From the sequence record OZ035750.1: 64,000 bases of DNA; one strand, given 5' to 3'. The stretch is from Gamaleyavirus NAN33P5. Position numbers and translations under genes: made by a program. Shown one piece after another: positions 1-11,301 of this stretch. The stretch's first letter is position 1, and every line of letters begins with the position of its first letter. The notes beneath the pieces were generated by a model. That model was not told where the DNA came from. It did not search any database and saw only the letters and a list, made by a program, of their open reading frames with translations.

Positions 1-1
1 A

Positions 2-1678
2 ATGCCGGAAGATATTAAGGAAGCTGTTAACTACTTCAATGAAACTGGAGAAGCTACTTATGCAATCCAGACTGGGATTACTGAAGTAGAAGTAGAGAAG
101 GCACTGGTTAACAGACCTACCGTTGAAATGCTTAACCCCAATAACGTGGTTATTGACCCTAGTTGTAATGGTGATTTGGATAAGGCTCTGTATGCAGTTA
201 TCTCATTTGAGACATGCAAAGCAGACCTCATGAAGAACAAGGACCGTTATCACAATTTAGATAAGATTGACTGGGAAAGTTCTAGCCCTATGACTGACCC
301 AGACCATGAAAGTAAAACTCCAAGCGACTTCCAGTTTAAGGATGCACTTCGTAAGAAAGTTGTTGCCTATGAGTACTGGGGATTCTACGACATCAATGAT
401 GATGGCTCTCTGGAACCAATTGTTGCTACCTGGATTGGTTCTACCCTTATTCGTATGGAGAAGAACCCATTCCCGGATGGTAAGTTACCTTTAGTAGTTG
501 TTCCTTACATGCCCCGTAAACGCGAACTCTTTGGTGAAGCTGATGCTGAACTATTAGGTGATAACCAAGCAATCCTTGGTGCAACTATGCGTGGGATGAT
601 TGACCTGTTAGGTCGAAGTGCAAATGGTCAACGTGGTTACCCTAAAGGGATGCTGGATACACTGAACCGTCGTCGATATGACGATGGACAAGATTATGAA
701 TACAACCCAATGCAGGGTAATCCTAGTCAGGCCATTATGGAACATAAGTTCCCTGAGTTACCTCAGTCGGCAATAGTAATGACCCAGATGCAAAACCAGG
801 AAGCAGAATCCCTAACTGGTGTTAAAGCATTCTCTGGTGGTGTAACTGGTTCAGCTTACGGAGATGTGGCTGCTGGTATTCGTGGTGCACTTGACGCAGC
901 ATCTAAACGTGAGATGGCAATCCTTCGTCGATTAGCTAAGGGTATGGCAGATATTGGTACTAAGATTTGTGCAATGAATGCCGTGTTCTTATCGGAGAAA
1001 GAAGTAGTACGTATTACTAACGAGCAGTATGTAGAGATTAACCGTGAAGACCTTAAAGGTAACTTCGATATTGAGGTTGATATTAATACTGCTGAAATTG
1101 ATAACCAGAAGTCTCAGGACTTGAGCTTCATGGTTCAAACACTGGGTAATACGGTTGACCAGACTATTACGTTATCTCTTGTAGCTAAGATTGCAGAACT
1201 TAAACGTATGCCTGACCTGGCTCATGAGTTACGTACTTGGCAACCACAGCCAGACCCTATGGAAGAACAGCTTAAGCAATTGGCAATTCAGAAAGCACAG
1301 CTTGAGAATGAAGAGCTGCAAAGTAAGATTGCACTCAATATGGCTAAGGCTAAAGAGGCAGCTTCTGCTGGTGACCTTAAAGACCTGGATTATCTGGAAC
1401 AGGAATCTGGTACTAAACATGCTCGTGATATGGAAAAACAAAAAGCACAATCTCAAGGAAACCAGAACCTTCAAATAACTAAGGCATTGACAACACCTAT
1501 TAAAGAAGGTGAAACTACCCCCAACATATCTGCTGCTGTTGGATATAATACATTGACTGACGGGAACTCTATACCAGAACGTGATTTAGCTGCTCAGCAA
1601 GACCCGGCTTATTCACTCAGTTCCCAATACTATGACCCTAGCCAAGACCCAGCATCGGCTCTTGGCATGAACCTGTAA
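2..1678 (+). CDS. portal protein (5'-truncated at window edge)
   Basis: Open frame runs from the window edge (558 aa shown); large protein two genes upstream of the major capsid gene in an N4-like virion module; synteny-based call. Confidence 0.5.
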   Translation: MPEDIKEAVNYFNETGEATYAIQTGITEVEVEKALVNRPTVEMLNPNNVVIDPSCNGDLDKALYAVISFETCKADLMKNKDRYHNLDKIDWESSSPMTDPDHESKTPSDFQFKDALRKKVVAYEYWGFYDINDDGSLEPIVATWIGSTLIRMEKNPFPDGKLPLVVVPYMPRKRELFGEADAELLGDNQAILGATMRGMIDLLGRSANGQRGYPKGMLDTLNRRRYDDGQDYEYNPMQGNPSQAIMEHKFPELPQSAIVMTQMQNQEAESLTGVKAFSGGVTGSAYGDVAAGIRGALDAASKREMAILRRLAKGMADIGTKICAMNAVFLSEKEVVRITNEQYVEINREDLKGNFDIEVDINTAEIDNQKSQDLSFMVQTLGNTVDQTITLSLVAKIAELKRMPDLAHELRTWQPQPDPMEEQLKQLAIQKAQLENEELQSKIALNMAKAKEAASAGDLKDLDYLEQESGTKHARDMEKQKAQSQGNQNLQITKALTTPIKEGETTPNISAAVGYNTLTDGNSIPERDLAAQQDPAYSLSSQYYDPSQDPASALGMNL

Positions 1679-1691
1679 GGCAGACCTTCAC

Positions 1692-2036
1692 ATGAGTAAA
1701 GAATCAACAATCGCTGGACTGGAACATCGACTGGAAGCTGCTAAAGGTGCAGTTGCACATGCAGAAGATGTACGTAAACTTCTGGAGAATCCACTGTTCC
1801 GTAAAGTAATTCTTCGCCAGTTCTGTGTGGAAGATTGCGCACGTTACGTGCAAGAGTCTGGTGACCCACTGCTTGAAGCTAATAACCGTGCAGATGCATT
1901 GAACATGGCTCAAGCTGCTGGTCACTTACGTCGTTGGCTCGACCTCGCTATTCGTATGGGTGAAAACGAAGCTGACGTTATTCTACAGGTAGAAGAAGAA
2001 CTCGACGCAGTTCGTGCTGAACCTGAAGACGAATAA
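1692..2036 (+). CDS. hypothetical virion-module protein
   Basis: 114-aa ORF tightly packed between portal and next gene, same strand. Confidence 0.55.
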   Translation: MSKESTIAGLEHRLEAAKGAVAHAEDVRKLLENPLFRKVILRQFCVEDCARYVQESGDPLLEANNRADALNMAQAAGHLRRWLDLAIRMGENEADVILQVEEELDAVRAEPEDE

Positions 2037-2055
2037 TTAACCGGAGATATTTCCT

Positions 2056-3276
2056 ATGACTACGGAAGCTGCAACCACAGCTTCCGACATTCTCGCAATG
2101 TCGGATGATGAGATTCTGAATATGGAAGCCCCAGCAGTTATCGCTGAGGAAGAAACTTCCACTCAGAACAACCCTGAAACCAACGGCGTACAGACTCCTG
2201 AAGAAGAAGTTTACACCCCTGCTGTTGAAGACCTACCAACCGAAGAAACCTCCCCCGAAGCCGAACCAGATGAAGAAGATTCAGCAAATACTTTAACTTC
2301 TGATAAAGTTGATGATAAAGTTGTTGACACAGAAGTTGATAGTAACGGTGAGCCGATTACTAAAGCTGAACCTTCTACTACTGAACCAGGCCAGGAACAG
2401 AAAGAAGAAGGCAAACAGTCTGAAGGTCTGCCTGCTGACTTCAACTATAAGGAAGGTTACGAGAAGTTGATGGCTCCTTTTAAAGCTAACGGCAAAATGA
2501 TTACTCCCCGTTCACCGGAGGAGGCCATTAGCCTGATGCAGATGGGTGCTAACTATACTCGTAAGATGCAAGAACTACAGCCTTACCGTAAGGTAATGTT
2601 GATGTTACAGAACAACGGTTTGATGGATGAGGATAAACTTTCTTTCCTGATTGATCTGGATAAAAAGAATCCTGAAGCCATTAAGAAGTTGCTCAAAGAC
2701 TCTGGTACAGACCCTCTGGACTTTAACCCAGATGAGGAAATTAACTACCAGGGTGGCAATCACCGTGTTACCGACACCGAAGCAGATTTTGCAACCGAAA
2801 TTGACGACTTAAAGTCTACTCAAGAAGGACAAGCTACATTAGGTGTTATTAGTTCGACATGGGATGCTGTCAGTAAAGATGCTCTTTACCAGAATCGTGG
2901 GCTACTCCAGACTATTCACGAACAACGTGAGAATGGTATTTATGACACCATTGCAAACGAAGTGAATCGTCTTCAGATGTTAGGCCAGATTCCGGTTGGT
3001 ACTCCGTTCATTCAGGCTTATAACCACGTCGGTAACCTCCTTTCACAGCAAGGGGCATTTAACCGAGTGGCTAAGCCTGAACCGGTACAAGCAGTTAAAC
3101 CAGTGGTTCAGCCGGTAGTGCGTGTAGCACAACCTAAGCAGACCCTGGCTAACAGTGAGCAAGCTAAAGCAGCTTCCCTTAGTCGGGCTGCTACACGTAA
3201 AGCAACACCTATTGTAAACCCACTCGCTATGAGTGATGAAGATTTCGCTAAACTCCCAGTACCGGGTAGTCTTTAA
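2056..3276 (+). CDS. putative scaffolding/head-assembly protein
   Basis: 406 aa with acidic low-complexity N-terminal third (E/D/T/P rich) immediately upstream of the major capsid gene; GGAGA RBS before ATG 2056. Confidence 0.35.
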   Translation: MTTEAATTASDILAMSDDEILNMEAPAVIAEEETSTQNNPETNGVQTPEEEVYTPAVEDLPTEETSPEAEPDEEDSANTLTSDKVDDKVVDTEVDSNGEPITKAEPSTTEPGQEQKEEGKQSEGLPADFNYKEGYEKLMAPFKANGKMITPRSPEEAISLMQMGANYTRKMQELQPYRKVMLMLQNNGLMDEDKLSFLIDLDKKNPEAIKKLLKDSGTDPLDFNPDEEINYQGGNHRVTDTEADFATEIDDLKSTQEGQATLGVISSTWDAVSKDALYQNRGLLQTIHEQRENGIYDTIANEVNRLQMLGQIPVGTPFIQAYNHVGNLLSQQGAFNRVAKPEPVQAVKPVVQPVVRVAQPKQTLANSEQAKAASLSRAATRKATPIVNPLAMSDEDFAKLPVPGSL

Positions 3277-3292
3277 ACAGGAATAAGATGAT

Positions 3293-4495
3293 ATGTTAAA
3301 CTATAACGCTCCAGTTGACGGTCAGAAATCTAGCATTGATGGTGCTGGTTCCGACCAGATGAATACCTTTTACTGGCTGAAGAAAGCTATTATTCAGTCC
3401 CGCAAAGATCAGTACTTCATGCCACTGGCTAACACCATCAACATGCCGAAGAACTACGGTAAGACTGTTAAGGTGTATGAGTACGTTCCACTGCTTGATG
3501 ATAAGAACATCAACGACCAGGGTATTGATGCCAACGGTGCTACCATCGTTAATGGTAACCTGTATGGTTCGTCCAAAGACGTTGGTAACATCACCTCTAA
3601 ACTGCCTCTGCTGACAGAGAACGGTGGTCGTGTTAACCGTGTAGGCTTTACCCGTATTTCTCGCGAAGGTTCCATTCATAAGTTCGGTTTCTTCTACGAA
3701 TTTACCCAAGAGTCTCTGGACTTTGATTCTGATGACCAGCTGAAAGAACACCTGTCCCGTGAACTGATGAACGGTGCTGTACAGTTGACTGAAGCTGTTC
3801 TCCAGAAAGACCTGTTGGCTGCTGCTGGTACTGTACTGTATGCAGGTGCTGCTACCTCTGATGCTACCATCACTGGTGAAGGTTCTACCCCGTCCGTAGT
3901 TTCTTATAAGAACCTGATGCGTCTTGACCAGATTCTTACTGAGAACCGTACTCCGACTCAGACTACTATCATCACTGGTTCTAAACTTACTGATACCAAA
4001 GTACTTGGTGGTACTCGTGTAATGTACGTTGGTTCTGAACTGGTTCCTGAACTGAAAGCGATGAAAGACCTGTTCGGTAACAAAGCATTCATTGAGGTTC
4101 AGCACTATGCTGATGCTGGTACTCTGATGAATGGTGAAGTTGGTTGTATCGACAAGTTCCGTATTATCCAGGTTCCAGAGATGCTGCATTGGGCAGGTGC
4201 TGGTGCTCAAGTCTATTCTAACCCGGGTTACCGTTCTTCTATGGTTAGTGGTCAAGAACACTACGACGTATTCCCGATGCTGGTAGTTGGTGATGACTCC
4301 TTCTCTACCATTGGCTTCCAGACTGATGGTAAGTCTGTTAAGTTCTCCATCATGACTAAGATGCCTGGTCGAGAAACTGCTGACCGTAATGACCCGTATG
4401 GCGAGACTGGTTTCAGTTCCATCAAGTGGTACTACGGTATTCTGGTTAAACGCCCAGAACGTCTGGCTCTGATTAAGACTGTTGCTCCTCTGTAA
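3293..4495 (+). CDS. major capsid protein
   Basis: 400-aa ORF followed by a strong GC hairpin; position between portal/scaffold-like genes and downstream virion genes; N4-like synteny. Confidence 0.6.
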   Translation: MLNYNAPVDGQKSSIDGAGSDQMNTFYWLKKAIIQSRKDQYFMPLANTINMPKNYGKTVKVYEYVPLLDDKNINDQGIDANGATIVNGNLYGSSKDVGNITSKLPLLTENGGRVNRVGFTRISREGSIHKFGFFYEFTQESLDFDSDDQLKEHLSRELMNGAVQLTEAVLQKDLLAAAGTVLYAGAATSDATITGEGSTPSVVSYKNLMRLDQILTENRTPTQTTIITGSKLTDTKVLGGTRVMYVGSELVPELKAMKDLFGNKAFIEVQHYADAGTLMNGEVGCIDKFRIIQVPEMLHWAGAGAQVYSNPGYRSSMVSGQEHYDVFPMLVVGDDSFSTIGFQTDGKSVKFSIMTKMPGRETADRNDPYGETGFSSIKWYYGILVKRPERLALIKTVAPL

Positions 4496-4511
4496 TAGTC
4501 CTAAATAAAGT

Positions 4512-4531
4512 AAGGGGGACTTATGTCCCCC
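4512..4531 (+). terminator. GC-rich hairpin downstream of capsid gene (attenuator-like, weak T tract)
   Basis: AGGGGGAC-TTAT-GTCCCCCT perfect 8-bp stem directly after the capsid stop codon. Confidence 0.3.
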
Positions 4532-4562
4532 TCTTAACAAAACAAAATGAACCACAGGAAAT

Positions 4563-5204
4563 ATGAACATGAGCATTAACGATAAACCGACCACTGACGT
4601 AGAACTGGACGTACAGGGCAACGAAGATACCGTTAACGATATTGCAATGCCTAGCGAACTTGATGTTCTTAAGCAACGTGCAACGTTGATGAATATTAAG
4701 TTCTCTAACAACATCTCCGTTGAGAAGCTCCGTGAGAAGATTGAAGCTGCACAAGCAAAAGACGAACCAGAAGTAAAAGAATCTACTGTTAACCCTTTGG
4801 GTGAAAAACAAGAGGCAGGTGTTAAGAAAATGACTCTGGGTCAGAAGATTCGTGCAGAACAGACTCGACTGATTCGTGTACGTATCCAGAACCTTGACCC
4901 TAAGAAGAAAGATCTGCCGGGTGAAATTATCACCGTAGCTAACGAATATATGGGTACTGTACGTAAGTTTGTTCCATTCGGTGAAGTAACCGACAACGGT
5001 TATCATATTCCGTATTGTATTTATGAGTTCCTTAAAGAACGTAAGTTTGTCAATATTACGACTCGCAAAGGTAAGAATGGCTTACCGGATATCCGTGCAA
5101 CAGAAGCACGTGAGTTCTCCATTGAAGTATTGCCACCACTGACTGAAGCAGAATTGGCTCAACTGGCTCAAGCACAGATTGCTGCTGGTAGCCTGAACGA
5201 TTAA
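4563..5204 (+). CDS. hypothetical virion-module protein
   Basis: 213-aa ORF, AGGAAAT RBS-like sequence before ATG; same strand and operon context as capsid genes. Confidence 0.55.
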   Translation: MNMSINDKPTTDVELDVQGNEDTVNDIAMPSELDVLKQRATLMNIKFSNNISVEKLREKIEAAQAKDEPEVKESTVNPLGEKQEAGVKKMTLGQKIRAEQTRLIRVRIQNLDPKKKDLPGEIITVANEYMGTVRKFVPFGEVTDNGYHIPYCIYEFLKERKFVNITTRKGKNGLPDIRATEAREFSIEVLPPLTEAELAQLAQAQIAAGSLND

Positions 5205-5224
5205 CGTATAAGCTACAGTTCAAC

Positions 5225-5262
5225 ACGGCTCACTGGGGTAACTCCGTGGGCCGTTTCTTTTT
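5225..5262 (+). terminator. rho-independent terminator
   Basis: ACGGCTCAC...GTGGGCCGT stem followed by TTTCTTTTT. Confidence 0.5.
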
Positions 5263-5280
5263 GAACCAAGAGGAATGATT

Positions 5281-6117
5281 ATGTCTTGTTCTGCTGAGGT
5301 AGAAGCTAACCGACTCCTAGATGAGTTAACTAAGGGTGATGACTTTACCCTTCCTAATGTTGATATGTCTGGTCCTGAATGGGATATCCCTGGTGGAGAT
5401 AGCTCCCCAATCTTTGGTGCTATTACTAAAATAACAAACGAATCGCTTACTACCCGTGAAGTAGGTGGTAGTGGTACGTTTGATGCATTAATGGAATCTG
5501 CACACAATCACCTTAAAGCTGAGTATAAAGCTAACCGTATTACTGGTGGTGAATATACCAAGGCGTACATTGCTACGATGGAAGCCTGCATGAATAATGC
5601 TGTTCAGTTCTTACTTGGTCGTGACCAAGCATACTGGGCTGCTGCTATGGCACAGATTCAGGCAGTTACTGCACGTGTTGGTTTGGCAACGGCTAAAGCA
5701 CAGTTTGTACTTGCTAAGGCACAAGCACTGTCTACTAAATCTGAGTATGCCTTAACTAAGCTGAAACTCTCTAATGAGGGCCAGAATTACTGTGCTGCAA
5801 AGTTCAATGTGGATGAGATTCTTCCTGCACAGGAACGCTTATTACAAGAACAATACGAAGTACAGCGTGCACAAACCATGGAAACCCGTTCTGACTCTTT
5901 ACCAATCAAAGGTAGTATTGGTAAGCAGAAGGAGCTGTATGACCAACAGATTACTTCTTATCAACGTGATGCAGAAGTTAAAGCATCCAAACTATTTACC
6001 GATGCGTGGATTACACAGAAGACTATTGATGAGGGCTTGAATCCTCCTAATGGTTTCACTAACGCAAGTATTGATACCATTCTGTCCAAGCTGAAGTCTA
6101 ACAACGGGCTGAACTAA
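5281..6117 (+). CDS. hypothetical virion protein
   Basis: ORF 5275-6117; second in-frame ATG at 5281 has better spacing to GAGGA; 280 aa. Confidence 0.55.
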   Translation: MSCSAEVEANRLLDELTKGDDFTLPNVDMSGPEWDIPGGDSSPIFGAITKITNESLTTREVGGSGTFDALMESAHNHLKAEYKANRITGGEYTKAYIATMEACMNNAVQFLLGRDQAYWAAAMAQIQAVTARVGLATAKAQFVLAKAQALSTKSEYALTKLKLSNEGQNYCAAKFNVDEILPAQERLLQEQYEVQRAQTMETRSDSLPIKGSIGKQKELYDQQITSYQRDAEVKASKLFTDAWITQKTIDEGLNPPNGFTNASIDTILSKLKSNNGLN

Positions 6118-6118
6118 T

Positions 6119-8773
6119 ATGGGCTTATTCAGTGGGAAGACCAAAGTATACGTAGCATCCTCTGTCTATAACATGGCAGGGGATATACATAAGCGTCCAA
6201 ACTATATGAAGACTGTGGTTATTGGTAATATTGTTTTTAATACAGGATTCACTATGGCAGACACTATCTCCGATAGTTATCTGAACGGACCTGGTATTCG
6301 TATGCGACTGTTCTCCAGCTGGAGTAAGAACCACTATGATTCAGAAGTTGGTATGGCAGGTTCTTCATTGGGTGTACTGGCTAAGATTGACCCTACTGTT
6401 ATAGAGGGTCAAATTACCCCACCTGCTGGAGAATCAGTCTATGTTCAGGCAGCAGAGATTGGCTTTGCTGACTTTGAGCAATGGTGTGACCAGTATCTTT
6501 ATGAGAATGCCCCAAGTCGTATCATGGAACGATTCGACGTAGACATTGATGAAGATACTAATGAAATTACTATGACTTCCCTGGATGGAGGTTCTACCAT
6601 TACATTCACACCTACTAATTTTGAACCAGGTGCTTTGTATCTCTATGCTGATTACACATTCTATAAGTCCCCGACTACTAATCCACCTGTAGTAGGACCG
6701 ACTACTGTCTATGATGGTGAGGATGACTTACCATCTACTTTGTTGTGGACTACCATCTCAAGCGATACGACAGCTAATACAGCCAATCTTACCAAGACTA
6801 TACAGACTCATTCTGTTTACTCTGATGGTAGGCCAGATGAAGACAGTACTGTTACTGAACCAAGTGTAGATAACTGGAACTCTTACGTTAAGGTTTACCG
6901 TAGAGGATTTACTGAGAAGCCTGATGATGTAACTGTAGTTGTATCTGACAGGGTAATGACTCATACAAAGTTTGGTGAGATTCAATCCAATACTACTGTA
7001 ACTACCAATGTAGTTGATTTAGGCGGTGGTGTTACTCGCACTGACACAATCACCACAATTACAGAGACACTGGTTCGTAAATACTCATCTCAGATTACTC
7101 GTACTGATACTGAGATGGCTGCTGTTAGTACACCTAAGCTGCTTATCTATAAGCATAATTCTGGCAACGCTGTACTTGACTCCCTATTTGAGACTGAAGC
7201 TACTGATAACCGATTCTATCCATTCATTCCAATCAGGAATGATAAACAATGGGTAGAGTATGACCCAATTTACCCCCACTGTAAGAAGGCACTCTATAAA
7301 GCTACTGGTGGTAAGCTTAATAAAGTAATGACGGAGCTTAAGAAGAATAAGGACATAGGTGATATTCAGTACATTTATGGCACATTCGGTGTATCCCTTA
7401 ATACTCCAGAGGATACTGCTAAGGAATATATCTACCGTTTCTTTCAGATGGCTACTGAAGCATTCCCACCAGACCCAACTTACCCTACGCTGGAATCGGT
7501 AATTGCAGGTTATCAGGCAGCAAATGATGCAGTCGATGCATACGTAAAATGGTGGAACAGGCAGGAAGGTCTTATTGTTGGAACACCACCCCCCTTGCCG
7601 GAATATCCTGTCATACCTAAGCGAGAGTTTAGGGTGCATAGTAGTAAGCATTATAAGTATGACATGACCATCCGTTGGAATTATGTATCTGAAACTACAC
7701 ATTCTGGTAAAGCATGGGCAGGTGCTAAACAAGGACAACTTCGAGCCAGGTATGCAGGGGATATAACTCTTACACGCAAGAACATACGTACAGCTAGTAA
7801 CTCTGGTTCAACCAAAAGATTGGAAGTTATCCCTACGTTTTACTCTATGCAGGAATATGAGTTGCTTTGGCAAGATGGTAGTAACACCTATCGTAAACTT
7901 AGGGTACTTGGTCTACATCACAGCAACAGGGTGTATAAAAACAAGTCAGTAAACATTGATGTTGCTGAAGCAATGGGTGATGCAGAAGAGAGTGGATTCA
8001 TTATCCCACTGCACACTAACATCTACCGTTCAATGTCACTGACTCGTAGTACTCAGCTGTCTACTGCTTGTTCCTACTTAGTAATGAACTCATATAAGAA
8101 GGTTAAGAAGAAGTGGTATCAAACTTCTGCCTTTAAGATTGTGGTTGTTGTAGTTGCTGTCGTTGTATCTGTATTCACTATGGGTGCTGGTGGTGTAGGT
8201 ATACTTGGGGCTTATGGTGCAGTTGGTGCATCACTCGGTTTTGTTGGATTAGCTGCTGCAATAGTAGGTGCTGTAGCAAACGCCATTGCTGCAATGATTA
8301 TGATATCTATTGTCACTAAAGTATCTACTTCACTGTTTGGTGATAAGCTAGGTTTTATCATCGCTGCTGTTGCTTCAATGGTAGCTATGAATGTTGGTAC
8401 TGCTCTATCTACTGGTACATCCTTATCTACCTTAGCCAGCGAAATGATGAATGCCCAAAACATCATGCAGCTCACCAGTTCAGTAGGTAACGGTATTAGC
8501 CAGTATATTAATGCATCTACGGCTGCTACTATTCAGAAAGCAGAGAGTGTAATGCAGAAGTACAATACCGATATGATGGCAATCAATAAGCAGTATGAAG
8601 AAATGTTTGGTACTGCTGGACAGGGTGTAATTGACCCTATGCAATTCGTGTCAATGGAGTCGATGGATTCTTTCCTCTCACGTACTCTTATGACTGGTTC
8701 AGATATAGCTGATATGTCTCTAAACATGATTGGCAGCTACACTGATATGACTCTTAATACTGACCTTGTTTAA
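6119..8773 (+). CDS. large virion protein with C-terminal hydrophobic Gly/Ala/Val-rich segment
   Basis: 884-aa ORF; C-terminal ~100 aa is a run of V/A/G/I (IVVVVVAVVVSVFTMGAGGVGILGAYGAVGASLGFVGLAAAIVGAVANAIAAMIMISIV) predicted to be membrane-spanning. Confidence 0.55.
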   Translation: MGLFSGKTKVYVASSVYNMAGDIHKRPNYMKTVVIGNIVFNTGFTMADTISDSYLNGPGIRMRLFSSWSKNHYDSEVGMAGSSLGVLAKIDPTVIEGQITPPAGESVYVQAAEIGFADFEQWCDQYLYENAPSRIMERFDVDIDEDTNEITMTSLDGGSTITFTPTNFEPGALYLYADYTFYKSPTTNPPVVGPTTVYDGEDDLPSTLLWTTISSDTTANTANLTKTIQTHSVYSDGRPDEDSTVTEPSVDNWNSYVKVYRRGFTEKPDDVTVVVSDRVMTHTKFGEIQSNTTVTTNVVDLGGGVTRTDTITTITETLVRKYSSQITRTDTEMAAVSTPKLLIYKHNSGNAVLDSLFETEATDNRFYPFIPIRNDKQWVEYDPIYPHCKKALYKATGGKLNKVMTELKKNKDIGDIQYIYGTFGVSLNTPEDTAKEYIYRFFQMATEAFPPDPTYPTLESVIAGYQAANDAVDAYVKWWNRQEGLIVGTPPPLPEYPVIPKREFRVHSSKHYKYDMTIRWNYVSETTHSGKAWAGAKQGQLRARYAGDITLTRKNIRTASNSGSTKRLEVIPTFYSMQEYELLWQDGSNTYRKLRVLGLHHSNRVYKNKSVNIDVAEAMGDAEESGFIIPLHTNIYRSMSLTRSTQLSTACSYLVMNSYKKVKKKWYQTSAFKIVVVVVAVVVSVFTMGAGGVGILGAYGAVGASLGFVGLAAAIVGAVANAIAAMIMISIVTKVSTSLFGDKLGFIIAAVASMVAMNVGTALSTGTSLSTLASEMMNAQNIMQLTSSVGNGISQYINASTAATIQKAESVMQKYNTDMMAINKQYEEMFGTAGQGVIDPMQFVSMESMDSFLSRTLMTGSDIADMSLNMIGSYTDMTLNTDLV

Positions 8774-8786
8774 CAGGAGAATCCTT

Positions 8787-9230
8787 ATGGATTTGTCATT
8801 CTTAACAGGCAACCAAGCCCCTCAGCCAGGAGCTATGTCTTGGATGCCTAATAACAATCAGAACTTTAATACCCCAGCTATGAACTATATCCCCGGTGCA
8901 ACTATTGGTATGAATGCAGGTATAGGAGTAGCCTCCCCTACTTCTTTCTTGTCTGGTTCAGCTAATCAGTTGGGTATGAACGTACCTACCTTCCAGCTAG
9001 GGCTTGGTGCACTTGGTTCCTTAGCTGGTATCTATAGTGGTTTTCAGGCCAACAAGTTAGCCAAAGACCAGTTGAACTTCACTAAGAGTGTTACTAACAC
9101 TAACCTGAATAACCAGATTAAGTCTTATAACACTGCACTGGAAGACCGTGCTCGCAGTCGTGCTACAGCAGAGAATCGTGACCAGTCTTCGGCTGATGCT
9201 TACATTGCAGCTAATAAACTAACTCGTTAA
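8787..9230 (+). CDS. hypothetical virion protein
   Basis: ORF 8766-9230; ATG at 8787 preceded by AGGAGA; 147 aa from that start. Confidence 0.5.
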   Translation: MDLSFLTGNQAPQPGAMSWMPNNNQNFNTPAMNYIPGATIGMNAGIGVASPTSFLSGSANQLGMNVPTFQLGLGALGSLAGIYSGFQANKLAKDQLNFTKSVTNTNLNNQIKSYNTALEDRARSRATAENRDQSSADAYIAANKLTR

Positions 9231-9242
9231 TAGGAAACCATC

Positions 9243-11207
9243 ATGGCTCAGATAACGTGGAGAAATGTTGATGCACCTAACTTCTCTGGAGTTGGTGACA
9301 GCATTCGCACATTTGGCAGCATGATTGGTAACGCCACCTCCGGCTTAAGTGATGCACTGGGTAATTTCCAGAACGCTGCCAAGCAGGAGGCTGGCAATGC
9401 CGTCATGATGAATGCTATGCAGTATCAGGACCCGAATGAATACCGTAATGCTTTGGCATCCGGTGCTCTGTTTCAGGGGGTTGACCCTTCACTGGTAAAC
9501 CAGCGTACTCTTCAGAATCTGGATGAGCGAGCAGGTACATTACTGACTCAACAAGGACAGCAGGGAACCAATGACTACATTGCATATCGCTTTGGACGTT
9601 TACAGGATACTAACACTGCATTAGATAATGCTTCCCCTGCTATTCGTTTACTGTCTGAGGCTTATCAGTCGGGTGACCAGAATCGTATTAATGCTGCATT
9701 AAGTCAGACCCGTGATGCATTGTCTGCACTCCCTGCTGACCAACAACTGGAGATGATGGGTAGTCTTCAAGGTCAGGGCAGTCAGGCTATTAATCAGGCA
9801 CAGAACCGTTTTGATTTGGGTGTGGCTCAACGTAATGATGCTGATAGTCAGGCAGCTATGGGTGTAATGTCACAGATTACCCGTGGTGCTGAGAACCCAA
9901 ATGATGCCCGTCTGTTGGCAGAAGCATATAGTAAGAACCTGTCCCCAGTTGCACAGGCACGTTTGCAGGGATTACTGGCTAATGCTTACCCAGGTGTTTA
10001 CGGTAATGGTGTAGGTGCTGCATCTGCTCCGGGTACTGCTGGTACACGGCAGGGTTCGCCTTATGATGTTACTTACCAGTTTGCTGGTACATCTACTCCT
10101 ATTACTCAAATGAGTATTGGTGATGTAATTAAACACCAGGATGGTATGAAATCGAACCAGGGTGCTTCACCTGTTGGTGCATTCCAGATTAACCAAGCTA
10201 CTCTGAAAGACTTCGCTCCCAAAGTTCTTGGTTCAGATTGGCAAAGCCAGCCTCTTTCTCCTGAGAACCAGGATAAGATTGGTAAGGCTATCTTTGAGTC
10301 TCGTAAGAATGGTAACCTTAAAGATACCTGGGCTGCTCTGCCTAACTCTACCCCAGGTGCTTATAAGGATATGACATGGGAAGAGGTTAAACCTGTTATT
10401 GCCCAAGCTGAAGTAGGGGCTGACCCACTTGCTATGGTTCAGAATAATCAGGGCAATCAGGCAGTATCTACTCTGGCTCAGGGTATGATTGGTACACGTT
10501 CTATGCAGGATAACACCGGTAGTCTTAATACTGACTTCCTCGGTACTGTCACTGATAATACCCCAGTGGGTGATATTGCTAACCGTCTGTTGGAGGGTGA
10601 TTTTAAAGGTGCTGACCGTAACTGGGTACTGAACCGGCTGAACGATATTTCTCAGCGTGGAAATATGTCACCAGCTATGGCTGCTGCTGTTATGCAACGT
10701 GCACAGACTGGAGTACCTGAGGGTTATATTGGTCGTGCTATTGATGCAGTTAACCCATTCATTACCAATGAAGCCGGTAATGGTATGCGTCTTAATGACC
10801 GTCAGGTAGAACAGTTAATTGAAGGTGTAAAACGGGGGGAGCCACTGGAAGGTAGTGTTCGTAACCTAGGTCGTGCTCAGGCTATGCAGAACATTCAGGC
10901 AGCACAGACTGCATATGATGCTGCCGTAGCTGCACTGGCAAATACCCAGAATAAGATTAACACCGGACAAAGTGGTCTTACTGCACTGTTACCTGCACGT
11001 CAGGAGGCTGTTACTAAAGCTGCTGCAATGCTCCAAGCTGCACAGGCACAAGTACAGGCTGACCCAGCTAACCTGGCTCCAAGGGGTTTCCAGTCACAGG
11101 CTAGTGTAGATAGAGCACGAGCTAAGGAAGATGAAGAACGTGCTGCACGGTACTTACGTCAGGCACAAGGACTGCCTGAGTATATGCAACCAAGGCAAAA
11201 TCGGTAA
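9243..11207 (+). CDS. hypothetical virion protein (Q/A/N-rich)
   Basis: 654-aa ORF immediately upstream of the giant RNAP gene; followed by terminator. Confidence 0.55.
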   Translation: MAQITWRNVDAPNFSGVGDSIRTFGSMIGNATSGLSDALGNFQNAAKQEAGNAVMMNAMQYQDPNEYRNALASGALFQGVDPSLVNQRTLQNLDERAGTLLTQQGQQGTNDYIAYRFGRLQDTNTALDNASPAIRLLSEAYQSGDQNRINAALSQTRDALSALPADQQLEMMGSLQGQGSQAINQAQNRFDLGVAQRNDADSQAAMGVMSQITRGAENPNDARLLAEAYSKNLSPVAQARLQGLLANAYPGVYGNGVGAASAPGTAGTRQGSPYDVTYQFAGTSTPITQMSIGDVIKHQDGMKSNQGASPVGAFQINQATLKDFAPKVLGSDWQSQPLSPENQDKIGKAIFESRKNGNLKDTWAALPNSTPGAYKDMTWEEVKPVIAQAEVGADPLAMVQNNQGNQAVSTLAQGMIGTRSMQDNTGSLNTDFLGTVTDNTPVGDIANRLLEGDFKGADRNWVLNRLNDISQRGNMSPAMAAAVMQRAQTGVPEGYIGRAIDAVNPFITNEAGNGMRLNDRQVEQLIEGVKRGEPLEGSVRNLGRAQAMQNIQAAQTAYDAAVAALANTQNKINTGQSGLTALLPARQEAVTKAAAMLQAAQAQVQADPANLAPRGFQSQASVDRARAKEDEERAARYLRQAQGLPEYMQPRQNR

Positions 11208-11217
11208 TACTAATAAA

Positions 11218-11240
11218 AGCCCTACGGGGCTTTTTTCTTT
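11218..11240 (+). terminator. rho-independent terminator
   Basis: AGCCC-TACG-GGGCT hairpin followed by TTTTTTCTTT. Confidence 0.6.
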
Positions 11241-11301
11241 AACTGGCTTACTGTAGAGTAAGTTACCTATATACGATATAAGTTTGAACAGGAAACATGC
11301 T

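Noticed and set aside
3296-4714. 472-aa minus-strand ORF antisense to the major capsid gene
   Set aside because: Fully overlaps a strongly supported plus-strand gene; low-complexity translation typical of an antisense frame with few stops
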